A stretch of DNA of 63,625 bases, the filler included, from Chiloscyllium plagiosum (Eukaryota): the NCBI RefSeq assembly GCF_004010195.1. It is 7 parts of 2 records of this genome, joined end to end, with 100 filler letters (N's around TTAATTAATTAA, not from the genome) between each part and the next. Parts side by side here need not be neighbours in the genome. Positions count along the whole stretch, not along the records: positions 5,979 to 12,590 come from NC_057715.1; positions 12,691 to 19,377 come from NC_057715.1; positions 19,478 to 29,712 come from NC_057715.1; 4 more parts are not named here. One strand, 5' to 3'. Positions 11,558 to 23,128 of the stretch are shown one piece after another. Position 1 is the stretch's first letter, and each line of letters starts with the position of its first letter. The translations under genes were made by a program, and so were the position numbers. The notes below the pieces were generated by a model, which was given only the letters and a program-made list of their open reading frames with translations, searched no databases and had not been told where the DNA came from.

Positions 11558-14500
11558 TTCCTGCTCCTCGGATGCTGCCTGACCTGGTGTGCTTTTCCAG
11601 CACCACTCTAATCCAGACTTTGATCTCCAGTGTCTGCAGTCCTCCCTTTTGCCTAGTCCCTTTGCCTATCCGTTGTTTCTCTGTCTCTCTGCTCCATCTC
11701 CACCAATCCATTTACTCCTTTTCCCTGTCATCAGCATAAATGCCACCTTCTCTCAGCTGCTCCTGAAGAAGGGTCAGCGAACTCGAAATGTTAGCAGAGT
11801 TAAAAATCACACAACACCAGGTTATAGTCCCATCAGGTTTAATCGGAGGCACTAGCTTTCGGAACGTCGCTCCTTCATCACAATCACCTGTGGAAAAGAC
11901 CTTTACCATTCACCTTACCTCTGCCCCTCATGATTTTATAACTTTTATAAAGTCACCTCTCAACCTCTTACACTCCAGTGAAAAAAAAGTCCCAGCCTTT
12001 CCAGCACTCCTTATAAATCAAACCCTCCAATACTAGCAACAATCTAGTGAATCTCTTCTGAACCCTCTCCAATCCTTCTTATAGCAGCAGGGCAACCAGA
12101 ACTGGACACAGTATTCCAAAACAAGCTTCACCACAACATGATGTCCTAGCTCCCATACTCAATGGTCTGAGCAATGAAGACAAGCATGCTAAATGGCTTC
12201 TTAACCACCCTGTCTACCTGTGATGCAACTATCCAAGAATTATGTAATTGGGCCCCGAGGTCTCTCCAGGGTCCTACCATTAACTGTATCAATCCTGCCC
12301 TTGTCTGTTTTACCAAAATGTAGCACCTCACATTTATCCAAATTAACCTTCATCTGCCACACCACATCCCATCGAACCAATTGATCAAGATCCCTTTGTA
12401 ATCTTAGATAACCTTCTTCATTGTTCAGCTAGGAGAAAGTGGGGACTGCAGATGCTGGAGACCAGAGTTGAAAAAAGTGGTGCTGCGAAAACACAGCAGG
12501 CCAGGCAGCATCCGAGGAGCAGGAGAATCGACGTTTTGGGCATAAGCCCTTCTTCAGGAATGAGGCTGGTGTGCCAAGCGGGCTGAGATANNNNNNNNNN
12601 NNNNNNNNNNNNNNNNNNNNNNNNNNNNNNNNNNTTAATTAATTAANNNNNNNNNNNNNNNNNNNNNNNNNNNNNNNNNNNNNNNNNNNNTTTATCTCAG
12701 CCTGCTTGGCACACCAGCCTCATTCCTGAAGAAGGGCTTATGCCCGAAACGTCGATTCTCCTGCTCCTCGGATGCTGCCTGGCCTGCTGTGTTTTTCCAG
12801 CACCACACTTTTCAACTTCTTCACTGTTCAGTACAGCACCAATTTTTGTGTTATCCACAAGCTTACTAACCATGCTTCCTAAATTCACCTGCCAGTTGTT
12901 TATATAAATGACAAAAAACAGTGGACACAACACTGATCTCTAAGGAACACTGCTAGTCACAGGTTTCCAGTGTGAAAAACAATTGTTTATATATTCCTGT
13001 GCTTGACATTTGGCATTCCTGCTAGTGTCCTGATGAGTGCAGAGGTAAAGCTTTGCTGACATGCCTTTTCAGGCTTTGTACTAAGTGAATGTCACTTTAT
13101 TTATTCTCAGATGACCATGGCAGTATAAGATTTTTGAGTCCCACTAACTGAGCTTTGATTATAATTTGGCCATGAACTAAGTGAATGGTGAATCAGTTGA
13201 AGGACTAAATAGCCACCACCCGTATTTAACTCACCGAGCCCCAACATCGAACTCAGTAAAATCTGATCATTTCAAATTTGTTAACGTACGTCCTGATCCC
13301 ACCTGATGGTGATCTTGGATGAATCAGATTGCAAAGTGAGACCTGCCATAAAATAAAAACATAATTGTCCTTATTTCTTTTCCCTTTTGGTTTATTTTGA
13401 TGGCCAATCATTGAACATATTCCAAAGAGGCTGTCAACAAATGTTTAACAAAAGAAGGTTTACTATACAAAAGAAAAAAAAGTATAATGCTTAAAAAAAA
13501 ATTTGAAAACAATCTTATTACAATATCCATTTGCATCTCTTTTACCCTCAGCACAATCTTGCAGATACTTAAACCTCAGTGAAGGACCACTTTAAAGCTC
13601 CTTATTCAGATGCTGTGAGTGTAAATCTTTTGAGAACATATCTGCATTCACTCAATGCTATTTTCTTTAGTTAATGCCTTATCCTGAGATCCTAACAATA
13701 AATTGCTAACATAGCTCACTTATTATTTAACATGGGTTCCTTCCACATGTCTCCTGCAGCCTTCTGCTTTGAGAATTTTCTTCCGAACAATTCATGACTT
13801 TGTCCCCCGAATCCTGACTACTAAACTAAGAGCACTTGTTTTTTTTTTGTTGAACACATTTTCTCTCTGAACAAATCTCTAAATTCTAGACTATTCTCAT
13901 GTTCTGTGACACCGGACTCCTGTTGCTAGGCAACATCAGATTTTTTTTCTCTAATGCACTGAACTCTTTACTTCAAGGGTTTTAAGGACCTCATTGAAAT
14001 GTATGTTTAAAAAAAATCTCCCTTATCACTCACAGAATATTCTAAACTGAAACTAAAAATCTTGTCCTCTGCACTTCTTAACACACGCGAAATATAGAAA
14101 CACGAATCAAAGCCATGTATCATTCCATCATTTTAGAACCCAAACAGAAATGAATATCCGTCATTTGTGGATTGTCATAATAAGCCACTTGCTCACGGAA
14201 AATGTAAATGGAGGCCTCCTCTGTCCTCGAGTGTAACGTTAATGGGGCATGATTTCACTGAATTACAGAATGATAATGGTGCAGGGGAGGCCATTTGGTC
14301 TATCATAGCTGCATCGGTTGACATGAAAGATAGAAGGTGATCTCACCAGTGTCCTTAGATCAACATCACAAAAACAGATTATCCCATTCTCATCACTGTG
14401 CTGGTCTAGGAGGGAGGCAGTTAGCTCAGTTGGCTGGATTGCAATGCAGGGTAACACCAACAGAATGGGTTCAATTCCTGTACTGGCTGAGGTTACCATG

Positions 14501-14617
14501 CAGGACTCTCCTGCTCAATACCTCCCCTCCCATGTGGTGTGGTAACCCTCAGGTTAAACCACCACCAGTTCTCTATCTCTCTCTCTCTCTGTCCCTGTCT
14601 CTCTCTCTCTGTCTCTG

Positions 14618-14649
<32 letters not shown>

Positions 14650-14888
14650 CCTAATGAGCTTAAGGTTCCCCAAGATGATGGTGACCTTACCCTTTACCTT
14701 TGTGGGAGTTTGCTGTGTGTAAATTGGTAGCCACATTTCCAGGGTTATACCAGTCCCTAGCAGTCGGGTATGACAGTAAACATTGTGGAGTGGCCTGAAT
14801 GCTTAGCTGTCAGGTGGCATCTTCCCAACAACAAGTTGTGCTTGTGTTCTGACACCTGTTGTTCTCCTCTTTCCCTTCCTTTACGCAG

Positions 14889-15001
14889 AGATTGTCGGAG
14901 TTGCAGAGCTATGTAACAAAATAAACGGACCCTGGTTTACCAAGTTTGATGAAGATTTAGCTCTGGCCTTCTCTATCTACTGTGGGATCAGCATTGCCCA
15001 T
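14889..15001 (+). CDS. PDE2A: PDE2A internal exon: (Q)[37 protein letters not shown]
   Basis: acgcag|AGATT...GCCCAT|gtgagt, 113 nt. Contains the GAF NK..F..DE motif. Confidence 0.96.
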
Positions 15002-17358
15002 GTGAGTACTGGTGGATGGTGCCATCTCCAACAGAGACACCCAACCCTTTCAAACATGCCAGGTTATTAACACTAGCTGCATTTAGAGCAGGAGGAGGCC
15101 ATTCAGCCCCTCAAGCCTGCTCTGCCATTCTATGTGATAATGGTCGATCTGATTGTGGCCTCAGGTTCACTTTCCCACCTTTTCCCATAACCTTTGTCTT
15201 TCTTTCTCGTCGGCAATCCTTCCTCCTTATAAACACTCCATGACCCTATCTCCATTGGTCTCGGGGGGATGAGAGCTCCGAAGACTCAGGGTACACCATG
15301 AGAAGACTATCCCTCCTGGTCCCTGAAATAAAGCAGGAGACCCACCTGTGTGCCCTGGTGGTAGTCTTTCCCACAAGGGGAGTCACCAACCTTCCCCAGT
15401 CCCCTCCGAATCTTTGATGTCTCAGTTTGATCATCTCACGTTCTTCCAAACTTGTAGGCTCAGCCTTTTGAACTCTTTCTCATAAGACAACCCCACAACC
15501 CAGGGTGCAGTGCAGGGAGCCTGACCTGAACTGCTTCTAATGCATTTATATCAAGAGAGGCATGGAAAGGGTGAATGCACTCGGTCTTTCAGTGATTAGA
15601 ATGCTCCAATGTGCAAACAGGCCATTTGGCCCAACAAGTCCACACCGACTCTCTGAAGAGTAACCCACCCAAACCCATTCCCCTACCCTACTACTGTACA
15701 TTTACCCCTGACTAATTCACCCAACCTACACATCCCTGAACGGTATGGGCAATTCAGCACAGCCAATTAACCTGATCTGTACATTGTTGGACAGTGGGAG
15801 GAAACCGGAGCACCCGGAGGAAATCCACACCACCACGGGGAGAATGTGCAAACTCCACACAGACAGTACCCGAGGGTGGAATCAAACCCGTGTCCCTGGC
15901 GCTGGGAGGCAGCAGTGCTGACCATGTCTTTTTCCATATCTTTTTCCCAGGGTTGGGGAATCGAGGACTAGAGGGCATTAGTTTAAGGTTAGAGGGGAAA
16001 GAATAAAAGGGAACCTGAGGGGCAACTTTTTTTACACTGAGAGCGGTACACATATGGAATGAGCTGTCAAGCGGAAGTGGTTGAGGCGGGTACATTAACA
16101 ACATTTAAAAGGCATTTGGACAAATACACGGATAGGAAAGGGTTAGAAGGAAATGGGGTGAGCGTGGATGGACATTTTGGTCAGCATGGACCAGTTTTGG
16201 CCAAGTGGCCTGTGTCACTGCTGTAGGACTCTGTGACTCTGACTCTGTCAACATTTATCAGCAAAGCTGGATTTTTACAAGATTGTAGGTGTAGGTGGAT
16301 CTTTGAAGGGGAGGCTTGGGATGTCAAACTTGGGGAGTGGGGTGTTGGACTATGGAGTGGAATGTCAGACTCAGCAGCAGGATTCCTGACTGGGGGAGTG
16401 GAATATTAATTAGACCGTACTTGTCAAATGTTAGACGGGTGGAGTTGGAGATGGAGAGGGGACAATTTGAATGCAGGCTGGGTAAGTTGATGCTGGCATA
16501 GAATACACTGGCCTTACCTCATGCTGCCAACACTATTCTGGTGAGTGTCATAATGAAGCTGGGGAAGGGGCTGCCTCTGGGATAATATCACAGCACCAGA
16601 GGCAGCACTAAGATAGGTTCAGAATCCCATCACTCCCCAGTGTTGCAGGGGGCTGTGAACACTGCTGACCCCTCGCTCTCTTCTCCCCCATGATTTCCCC
16701 AGCGTCTTCCATAATTACAGACTATCCCACTCTGGCAAGTCCTGGGCAAGGGTCAGTCTACACTGGCCAGAGGTGGAGAGGACCTCACCATTCAGTGCTA
16801 CCAGGCAGAGTCACCATGGTTTTGTGAAAGGGAGGTTGTGTGTAACCAATCTGTCAGAGTTCTTTGAGCAAGTAACAAGCAAGATGGGTAAAAGGGAACT
16901 ATTGGTGCCAGATTTCCAGAAGGCGTTGGATACATTGCCACATCAAATGGCCCTGCATAAAATAAGAAGGTTAACACGTTAATGTGAATATGGGGTTGGT
17001 CAGTGACAAAGACGTGGCATAAATGAATCATTTCCAGGTTGGCAAAACATAACAAGGAGAAAGTGAGGACTGCAGGTGTTGGAGACCAGAGTCAAGAGGG
17101 TGGTGCTGGAAAAGCACAGCAGGTCAGGCAGCATCCGAGGAGCAGGAGAATTGATGTTTCAGGCATAAGCTCTTCATCAGGAATGAAGCTGTGAGCTGAG
17201 GAGGTTGGGGGGGTTGGGGGAAGGTAGCTGAGAGTACGATTGGTTGATGGAGGTTGGGGAGAAGGTGATAGGATGGAGTGAATAGGTGGGAAGGAAGATG
17301 GACAGCTCAAGAGGGTGGTGCTGAGTTGGAGGGTTGGATCTGGGATAAGGTGTGGGGT

Positions 17359-17935
17359 CCTCAGTGCTTGGGAGCCTCCTGTGAAGCGCTTCTTTGATGT
17401 TTCCTCTGGTTTTATAGTGGTCTGTCCCTGCCGCTTCCGGTTGTCAGTTTCAGCTGTCCGCTGTAGTGGTTGGTATATTGGGTCCAGGTCGATGTGTTTG
17501 TTGATGGAGTTTGTGGATGAATGCCATGCCTCTAGGAATTCCCTGGCTGTTCTCTGTCTGGCTTGCTCTATGATAGTAGTGTTGTCCCAGTCGATTTCAT
17601 GTTGCTTGTTGTCTGCGTGTGTGTGAATTTGACTGGGACAACACTACTATCATAGGGCAAGCCAGGCAGAGAACAGCCAGGGAATTCCTAGAGTCATGGC
17701 ATTCATCCACAAACTCCATCAACAAACACATCGACCTGGACCCAATATACCAACCACTACAGCGGACAGCTGAAACTGACAACCGGAAGCGGCAGGGACA
17801 GACCACTATAAACACCGGAGGAAACATCAAAGAAGCGCTTCACAGGAGGCTCCCAAGCTCTGAGGATGTCACCTAGACAGGAGACGAAACGTTTGCAACA
17901 AAAACTTCCAGCTCGGCAAACAGAACCACAGCAGA
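17359..17935. mobile_element. Fold-back (inverted) Penelope-like element fragment, GIY-YIG C-terminus on both strands
   Basis: 17359-17599 is the reverse complement of 17624-17865. ORFs 17315..17626(+) and 17597..17830(-) give near-identical peptides. Confidence 0.9.
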
Positions 17936-19103
17936 CCAAATGAATGGTAGTTAAATTCCCTGAAAGTAGGAAAGTACTTGGACAGGGGGCATAGGGAGAC
18001 TGCCAGGTCACATGGGATGGGCAAAGTGATGTGGATAATAACATGTAGCGTGGGAAACGGTGAACCCGTCCACATCAGCAGGGAAAGCATTATATTATTT
18101 CAATGTAGAGAGACAACAGGACTCTGAGCTACAGAAGGATCTGGGTGTTCTGGTTAGTACGCAGCCACAGCAAGTGAGTAGGAGGAGACTTTTGTTTTAT
18201 TTGCTCATGGAATGTGGGCCCAGCATTTATTGCCCGTCCCTAGTTGCCCCTTGAGAAGGTGGGGGTGAGTTGCCTCCTTGAACCGCTGCAGTCCGTGTGC
18301 TGTAGGTAGACCCACAATGTCCCTTGGGGAGGGGATTCCAGGATTGTGACCCAGCAACAGTGAAGGAACGGCGATATATTTCCAAGTCAGGATGGGTCAG
18401 AGGGAAACATGCATAAGACTGCGAGACCATAAAATATAGAAGCCGAATTAGACCATTCAGCCAATCAAGTCTGATCCCCCAATCGTGGCTGATATGTTTC
18501 TCAACCCCATTCTGCTGCCTTCTCCCCAGAACCTTTGCAGGGGGTGGTGTTCCTATGTACCTGCTGTCCTTGGGATATCATAATCTGACCACAGAGGCAT
18601 TGGATTGAACTCCCATCCCCACAGAGTCTTAATTGGGCAGTTCCAACTGGGCACCAGTGGCAGTAGGACACATGAACTCCCACATGCGGGCATTGGGCTG
18701 GGTTTCCAGCTTGTGGCAGGTTAACCAACCTCCCCTGTGCCAGCAATCCCCCAGCCTGGGTCCAGGGGGAACAACAGAAGTGTTTGAAAATGAAACCAAA
18801 CGAAACTGGGAAGGGAGCAGAGGAAAGTGGGACTAATTCCCTGGCACTTACAAAAAGCTAGAACAGATACGAGAGGCTGAATGGCCTTTGAGTGAGCTTT
18901 AAGATTCTAAGGTTGTACATTTGAACACAGCCACTGGGAGGGCTGGGTTTTGAAAAGGTGAAGGAAGGACTGTGGGAACCACTTCAGTCAGCAAGATTAG
19001 TGATGGAAAGGTACACGCTATCTGAGATGATGAACTGTATCGTTACCTTTGTCATTACCAAGTGTGATGCTGATTTTCCAAACATTTCTGTCTCTCCCCG
19101 CAG

Positions 19104-19181
19104 TCGTTATTGTACAAAAAGGTTCATGAAGCCCAGTACAGGAGTCACCTGGCAAATGAAATGATGATGTACCACCTCAAG
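19104..19181 (+). CDS. PDE2A: PDE2A internal exon: [26 protein letters not shown] (linker before the catalytic domain)
   Basis: ccgcag|TCG...AAG|gtaagg, 78 nt. Matches [26 protein letters not shown]. No downstream catalytic exons were found. Confidence 0.96.
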
Positions 19182-19237
19182 GTAAGGAAACCTCTGCATG
19201 TCCCACGGCACTTACACTCTGACCGTCATCCCAGACT

Positions 19238-19377
19238 GGGACTGAGGCCTGTACTGTCGGAGGGTCAGTGCTGAGGGAGCGCCGCACTGTCACAGGGTCA
19301 GTGCTGAGGGAGTGCCGCACTGTCGGAGGGTCAGTGCTGAGGGAGTGCCGCACTGTCGGAGGGTCAGTGCTGAGGGA
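19238..19377. repeat. 33-bp tandem repeat ACTGTCGGAGGGTCAGTGCTGAGGGAGTGCCGC running into a gap
   Basis: ACTGTC recurs at 19253, 19286, 19319, 19352. Confidence 0.9.
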
Positions 19378-19477
19378 NNNNNNNNNNNNNNNNNNNNNNN
19401 NNNNNNNNNNNNNNNNNNNNNTTAATTAATTAANNNNNNNNNNNNNNNNNNNNNNNNNNNNNNNNNNNNNNNNNNNN
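19378..19477. other. Artificial contig linker N44-TTAATTAATTAA-N44; also at 5879-5978, 12591-12690, 29713-29812, 52682-52781, 62455-62554
   Basis: The same 100-bp structure occurs six times, and the 12-mer gives stops in all six frames. Confidence 0.97.
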
Positions 19478-20062
19478 GGTGGAGGCTGGTACAATTGCAA
19501 CATTTAAGAGGCATTTGGATGGGTATATGAATAGGAAGGGTTTGGAGGGATATGGGCCGGGTGCTGGAGGGTGGACTAGATTGGGTTGGGATATCTGGTC
19601 AACATGGACAGGTTGGACCGAAGGGTCTGTTTCCATGCTGTACATCTCTATGACTCCCACGACAGCAGCCAGGGAAATTTAAATTTAATTAATACAACTG
19701 GAAATATAAAATTATCTCGATGATGATGAACAGTATTGTCATGACAACTGACCATCATGCAAAAATGATCTAACTCACATTGGGAATGAAATTTACCAAC
19801 GTTACTGGTCTAGCCTCCATGCGACTTCAACTCTACTTTAATGTTGTTAAGGACATATTCTCCAACCCTGACGTGGTAATTTCAAGGGTGCAATTAAGGA
19901 CAGGCAACAAATGCTGGCCTTGCCAGCAATGCCTAAATTCCATCAAACATTTCAAGAAAAGAGCTGTTCCCATGGCATGCCTTATTAAACATCCATTGAA
20001 GAAACTAACTCCACTGGCGTTCTTACTAGTATGATGTCTTGTACTCCTTGACTTCAATTTAC

Positions 20063-20171
20063 CTGTCTGCTGCTCCATCTTGCGCGACCGGACTAAGGCA
20101 AGTGCCAGCACTGCCACTGAAACTGGTAGAAGCAGAGCGAGGGGGTAAAGGTGGCTTCTCATCTTCACCAT
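20063..20171 (-). CDS. INPPL1: SHIP2 inositol 5-phosphatase exon (4th coding by homology): (D)GEDEKPPLPPRSASTSFSGSAGTCLSPVAQDGAAD
   Basis: Minus strand tttgtag|ATGG...GACAG|gtaaat, 109 nt. Carries the SHIP2 DGEDEKPPLPPRS motif. Confidence 0.88.
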
Positions 20172-21739
20172 CTACAAAAAGATTTAAAAAAATTAAAATC
20201 TACAATTTGCTCCATGCAAATAGTGGGAAGAGGTAGAAAGTTTTCAGTCCTCATTAAGAAGATGGAGCTACCACATGCCTCATTGGAAAGAGGGGAAGTG
20301 AAGCAGAGAGATTTACAAGGCGAATTCAAAGCTCAAGTCCTAGGCAGCTGAGCAAGGGCCAATGGTGGAGTCGTTAAAAATAGGAATACAGATGATGGCA
20401 GAATTGGAGGAACGGAGAGATCTTGGAAGGTTGTGAAGCTTTAAGGAGATTGCAGAAATAAGAAGGGACACGACTACAAACAGATTTGAAAACAACTATG
20501 AACGTTTTAAAATTGATTCCCCAGCCAGTGCAGATAAGCAAGCACAGTGGGTGATGGGTGCGTGGATCTTAATGCCAATTTGAGCACAGACAGAAGGGTT
20601 TTTAATGAATTTAAGATTAAGGGGGTCAGCCTAGTGAACACTCAGGCAAGACTAAAAGGGAACAAAGGCATCGATTTCAGCGGCAGTGAGCTGACGGAAG
20701 GCCAGATGCTGGCCACATTACTGAGATAGAAATAGATGGTCTTGATAAAGTGAATGCATGTTTGGAAGGACAAGGTCAAGCATAAAGCCAAAGATGTGAA
20801 CAGTCCGATTTGGCTTCTGACAATTGTTAGGTTGAGGGGTGTAGCTTGGGGCAAGGGAATCAAGTTCATGGCAGGGACTGAAACAGTGGCTTTGGTCTTC
20901 CCCATATTTAGTTTGAGGCAATTATCGGTGACCTAGACTTGATGTTGGAAAGCAATGTGGTAATTCAACAACTGCGGCAAGATTTAGAGTGGTGTTGAAG
21001 CAGAATTGGCTGCACAGGGATACAGAAGGAATCCAGTGTTATGTTAACTGCCTTATCAGCATTATGAGAAATGGATGAGCAAAATACAGCAATAATTCCT
21101 GAAGAAGGGCTTATGCCCGAAACGTCGATTCTCCTGTTCCCTGGATGCTGCCTGACCTGCTGCGCTTTTCCAGCAACACATTTCCAGCTCTGATCTCCAG
21201 CATCTGCAGACCTCACTTTCTCTCCACAGCAATAATTAAGTCAAGTTCAAATCCACCAATCCATCAAGGGATTTACTAAATTACCAGCAAGATGAGGAGA
21301 AACTTTGTAACCTCAAATTTAAAAAAAAGTTTAAAAAAAATTAGGTCAACAATTCCATTCAATGTGTTGACTAAGGGCATCTGTTAGAAAGGAGTTGTAG
21401 TGGCTTGTTTATTTGGAGGAATGATGATAGCAGTTCCGAAAGCTTGAGGAAAGGGAACCATGTGTTAATTTGTGGAGGCAGCAGGAAGGGAAGGTGAAAA
21501 GTTCGCAATTTAAGCCCAGGAGAAAGGAGTCAATGTCACTGGTGAGGTGTGATTGAAGACAGCTCATGGTGGACCAGCAGAGGAAAAGGATAGACAATGA
21601 AGAAGCTATGAAAATAATGTTGGGGCTCAGGGTTACAAATGAATAAATGGTCATTAGTCTTGAAACATCAGCTCCCATTGAGCTGACGAAACTAGTCAGT
21701 GCTTGTAATAAGTCAGCCCTTCCAAACAAAAAAAAATAC

Positions 21740-21890
21740 CTGAGTAGTCCTTGTCCTCGGCTGTCTCCTTCTTGTCCTCCCTCTCTACAGGATACAGCAG
21801 TGTACTGACCAGGCCCTGGTTTGGCTGGAGGTAGGACGTGATAAGTTCAGTCAGTGTTTTGAAGCGTCTCACCTGCACGCCTTGAGAAGT
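21740..21890 (-). CDS. INPPL1: SHIP2 exon (SH2 C-terminal part): TSQGVQVRRFKTLTELITSYLQPNQGLVSTLLYPVEREDKKETAEDKDYS
   Basis: Minus strand aaacag|ACT...TCAG|gtattt, 151 nt. Matches SHIP2 TSQGVPVRRFQTLGELIGLYAQPNQGLV. Confidence 0.94.
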
Positions 21891-23064
21891 CTGTTTTAAT
21901 GAAAAACACAAGATCATCATCAATGCCTGAGCCTCCATATTCTACTCCAAATTAATATCTACTTACATCACATGAACACAGCACATCAAGGCAGTAATTC
22001 ATCACCAGCTTCTCAAATGAATTAGAGATGAACAAAAATTACCAGCCTTGCTAGTGACATTAGTATTCCATGAAAAAAATATTAAAAGTTGTGACAGGAC
22101 GTGATAACCAAATTGTTTCCCCAACAGGAAAATCTAGAACACAGGGACAGAGTCTCAGTATAAGCAGCTGTTCATTCAAGAACTGAAATCAGGAAAACTA
22201 ATCTTCACTCGTGTTCATCTTTGGAAATCATTACCCCAAAGAGTTCCATCATTTGAATATATTCAATGTTGAGGTAGTCAAATATTTGGTCTCTTAGGCA
22301 ATCACAGGATATGAGGAGTTAGCAGGAATGTGGAGCTCTTGTCCGGCCATGATCAGATTGAATGATGGACCAGGTTCAACAGATCATATGGTCCACTCTT
22401 GTTCATATTTGTTATGCTCTTTCAGCCACCATCTACAACCTCTACCACCTAGAAGGACACAAACATTAGATTCATGGATACACCACCATTAGCAAATATC
22501 CCTCCAAGTCACCCACCATCCTGATTTGGGAAGATATCTGTTCTTTCACTGCCACTGGGTCAAAATCCAGGAACTTCTTCCCTAATAGCATTGTAGGTCA
22601 ACTTGCACCAAATAAACTGCAGTAATTCAAGAAGGACGTTCACCACCATCTTCTCAACAGCATATAATGATGGAAAATAAATGCTGGTCCAACCAGCAAC
22701 ACCCACATCCCATTCATGATTTTTTTTCAATCCAATCCAACTTTTGTCCAATGGTGACTATCAAGTTGTATGCCTATAATTCTCTTACACAATGGTCATA
22801 TCTAGTTCTTGCGAAACAAAACATGCTTCATATGTTGGTACTTTGCCAACCAATAAAAAGGGTTACAGATAGCATGCATATGCCATACAAATATGGAATA
22901 CTCTGATCACATGTTCAACAGAATCTGACTCATCAACTCATGAAGAAATTCAATTAGCTACATCTGGATTCCCAGTTGGCCATGTGTGGCTAATAACATT
23001 ACATTATTGACAGCACAGAAACACAGAACTAAAGTGCCAATCAGCCTCAGTCTGCTTCTCTCAC

Positions 23065-23128
23065 CTGTACTGCCAGAAAATCATCTTCATCGGGTAAGAT
23101 CCTGTAAGTATGTACATGCTTCTGATAC
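23065..23128 (-). CDS. INPPL1: SHIP2 exon (SH2 middle): YQKHVHTYRILPDEDDFLAVQ
   Basis: Minus strand cctag|GTAT...GTACAG|gtgaga, 64 nt. Matches LYQKHVHTYRILPDGEDFLAVQ. Confidence 0.95.

Noticed and set aside
13240..14120. AT-rich unique-looking block containing palindrome GTTGCTAGGCAAC (possible solo LTR or X-box)
   Set aside because: I could not define termini, a TSD or a second copy.
19833..20171. ORF with an apparent signal peptide (MVKMRSHLYPLALLLPVSVAVLALALV)
   Set aside because: It is an alternative reading frame of the INPPL1 exon; the ATG is the split Asp codon at the splice acceptor.
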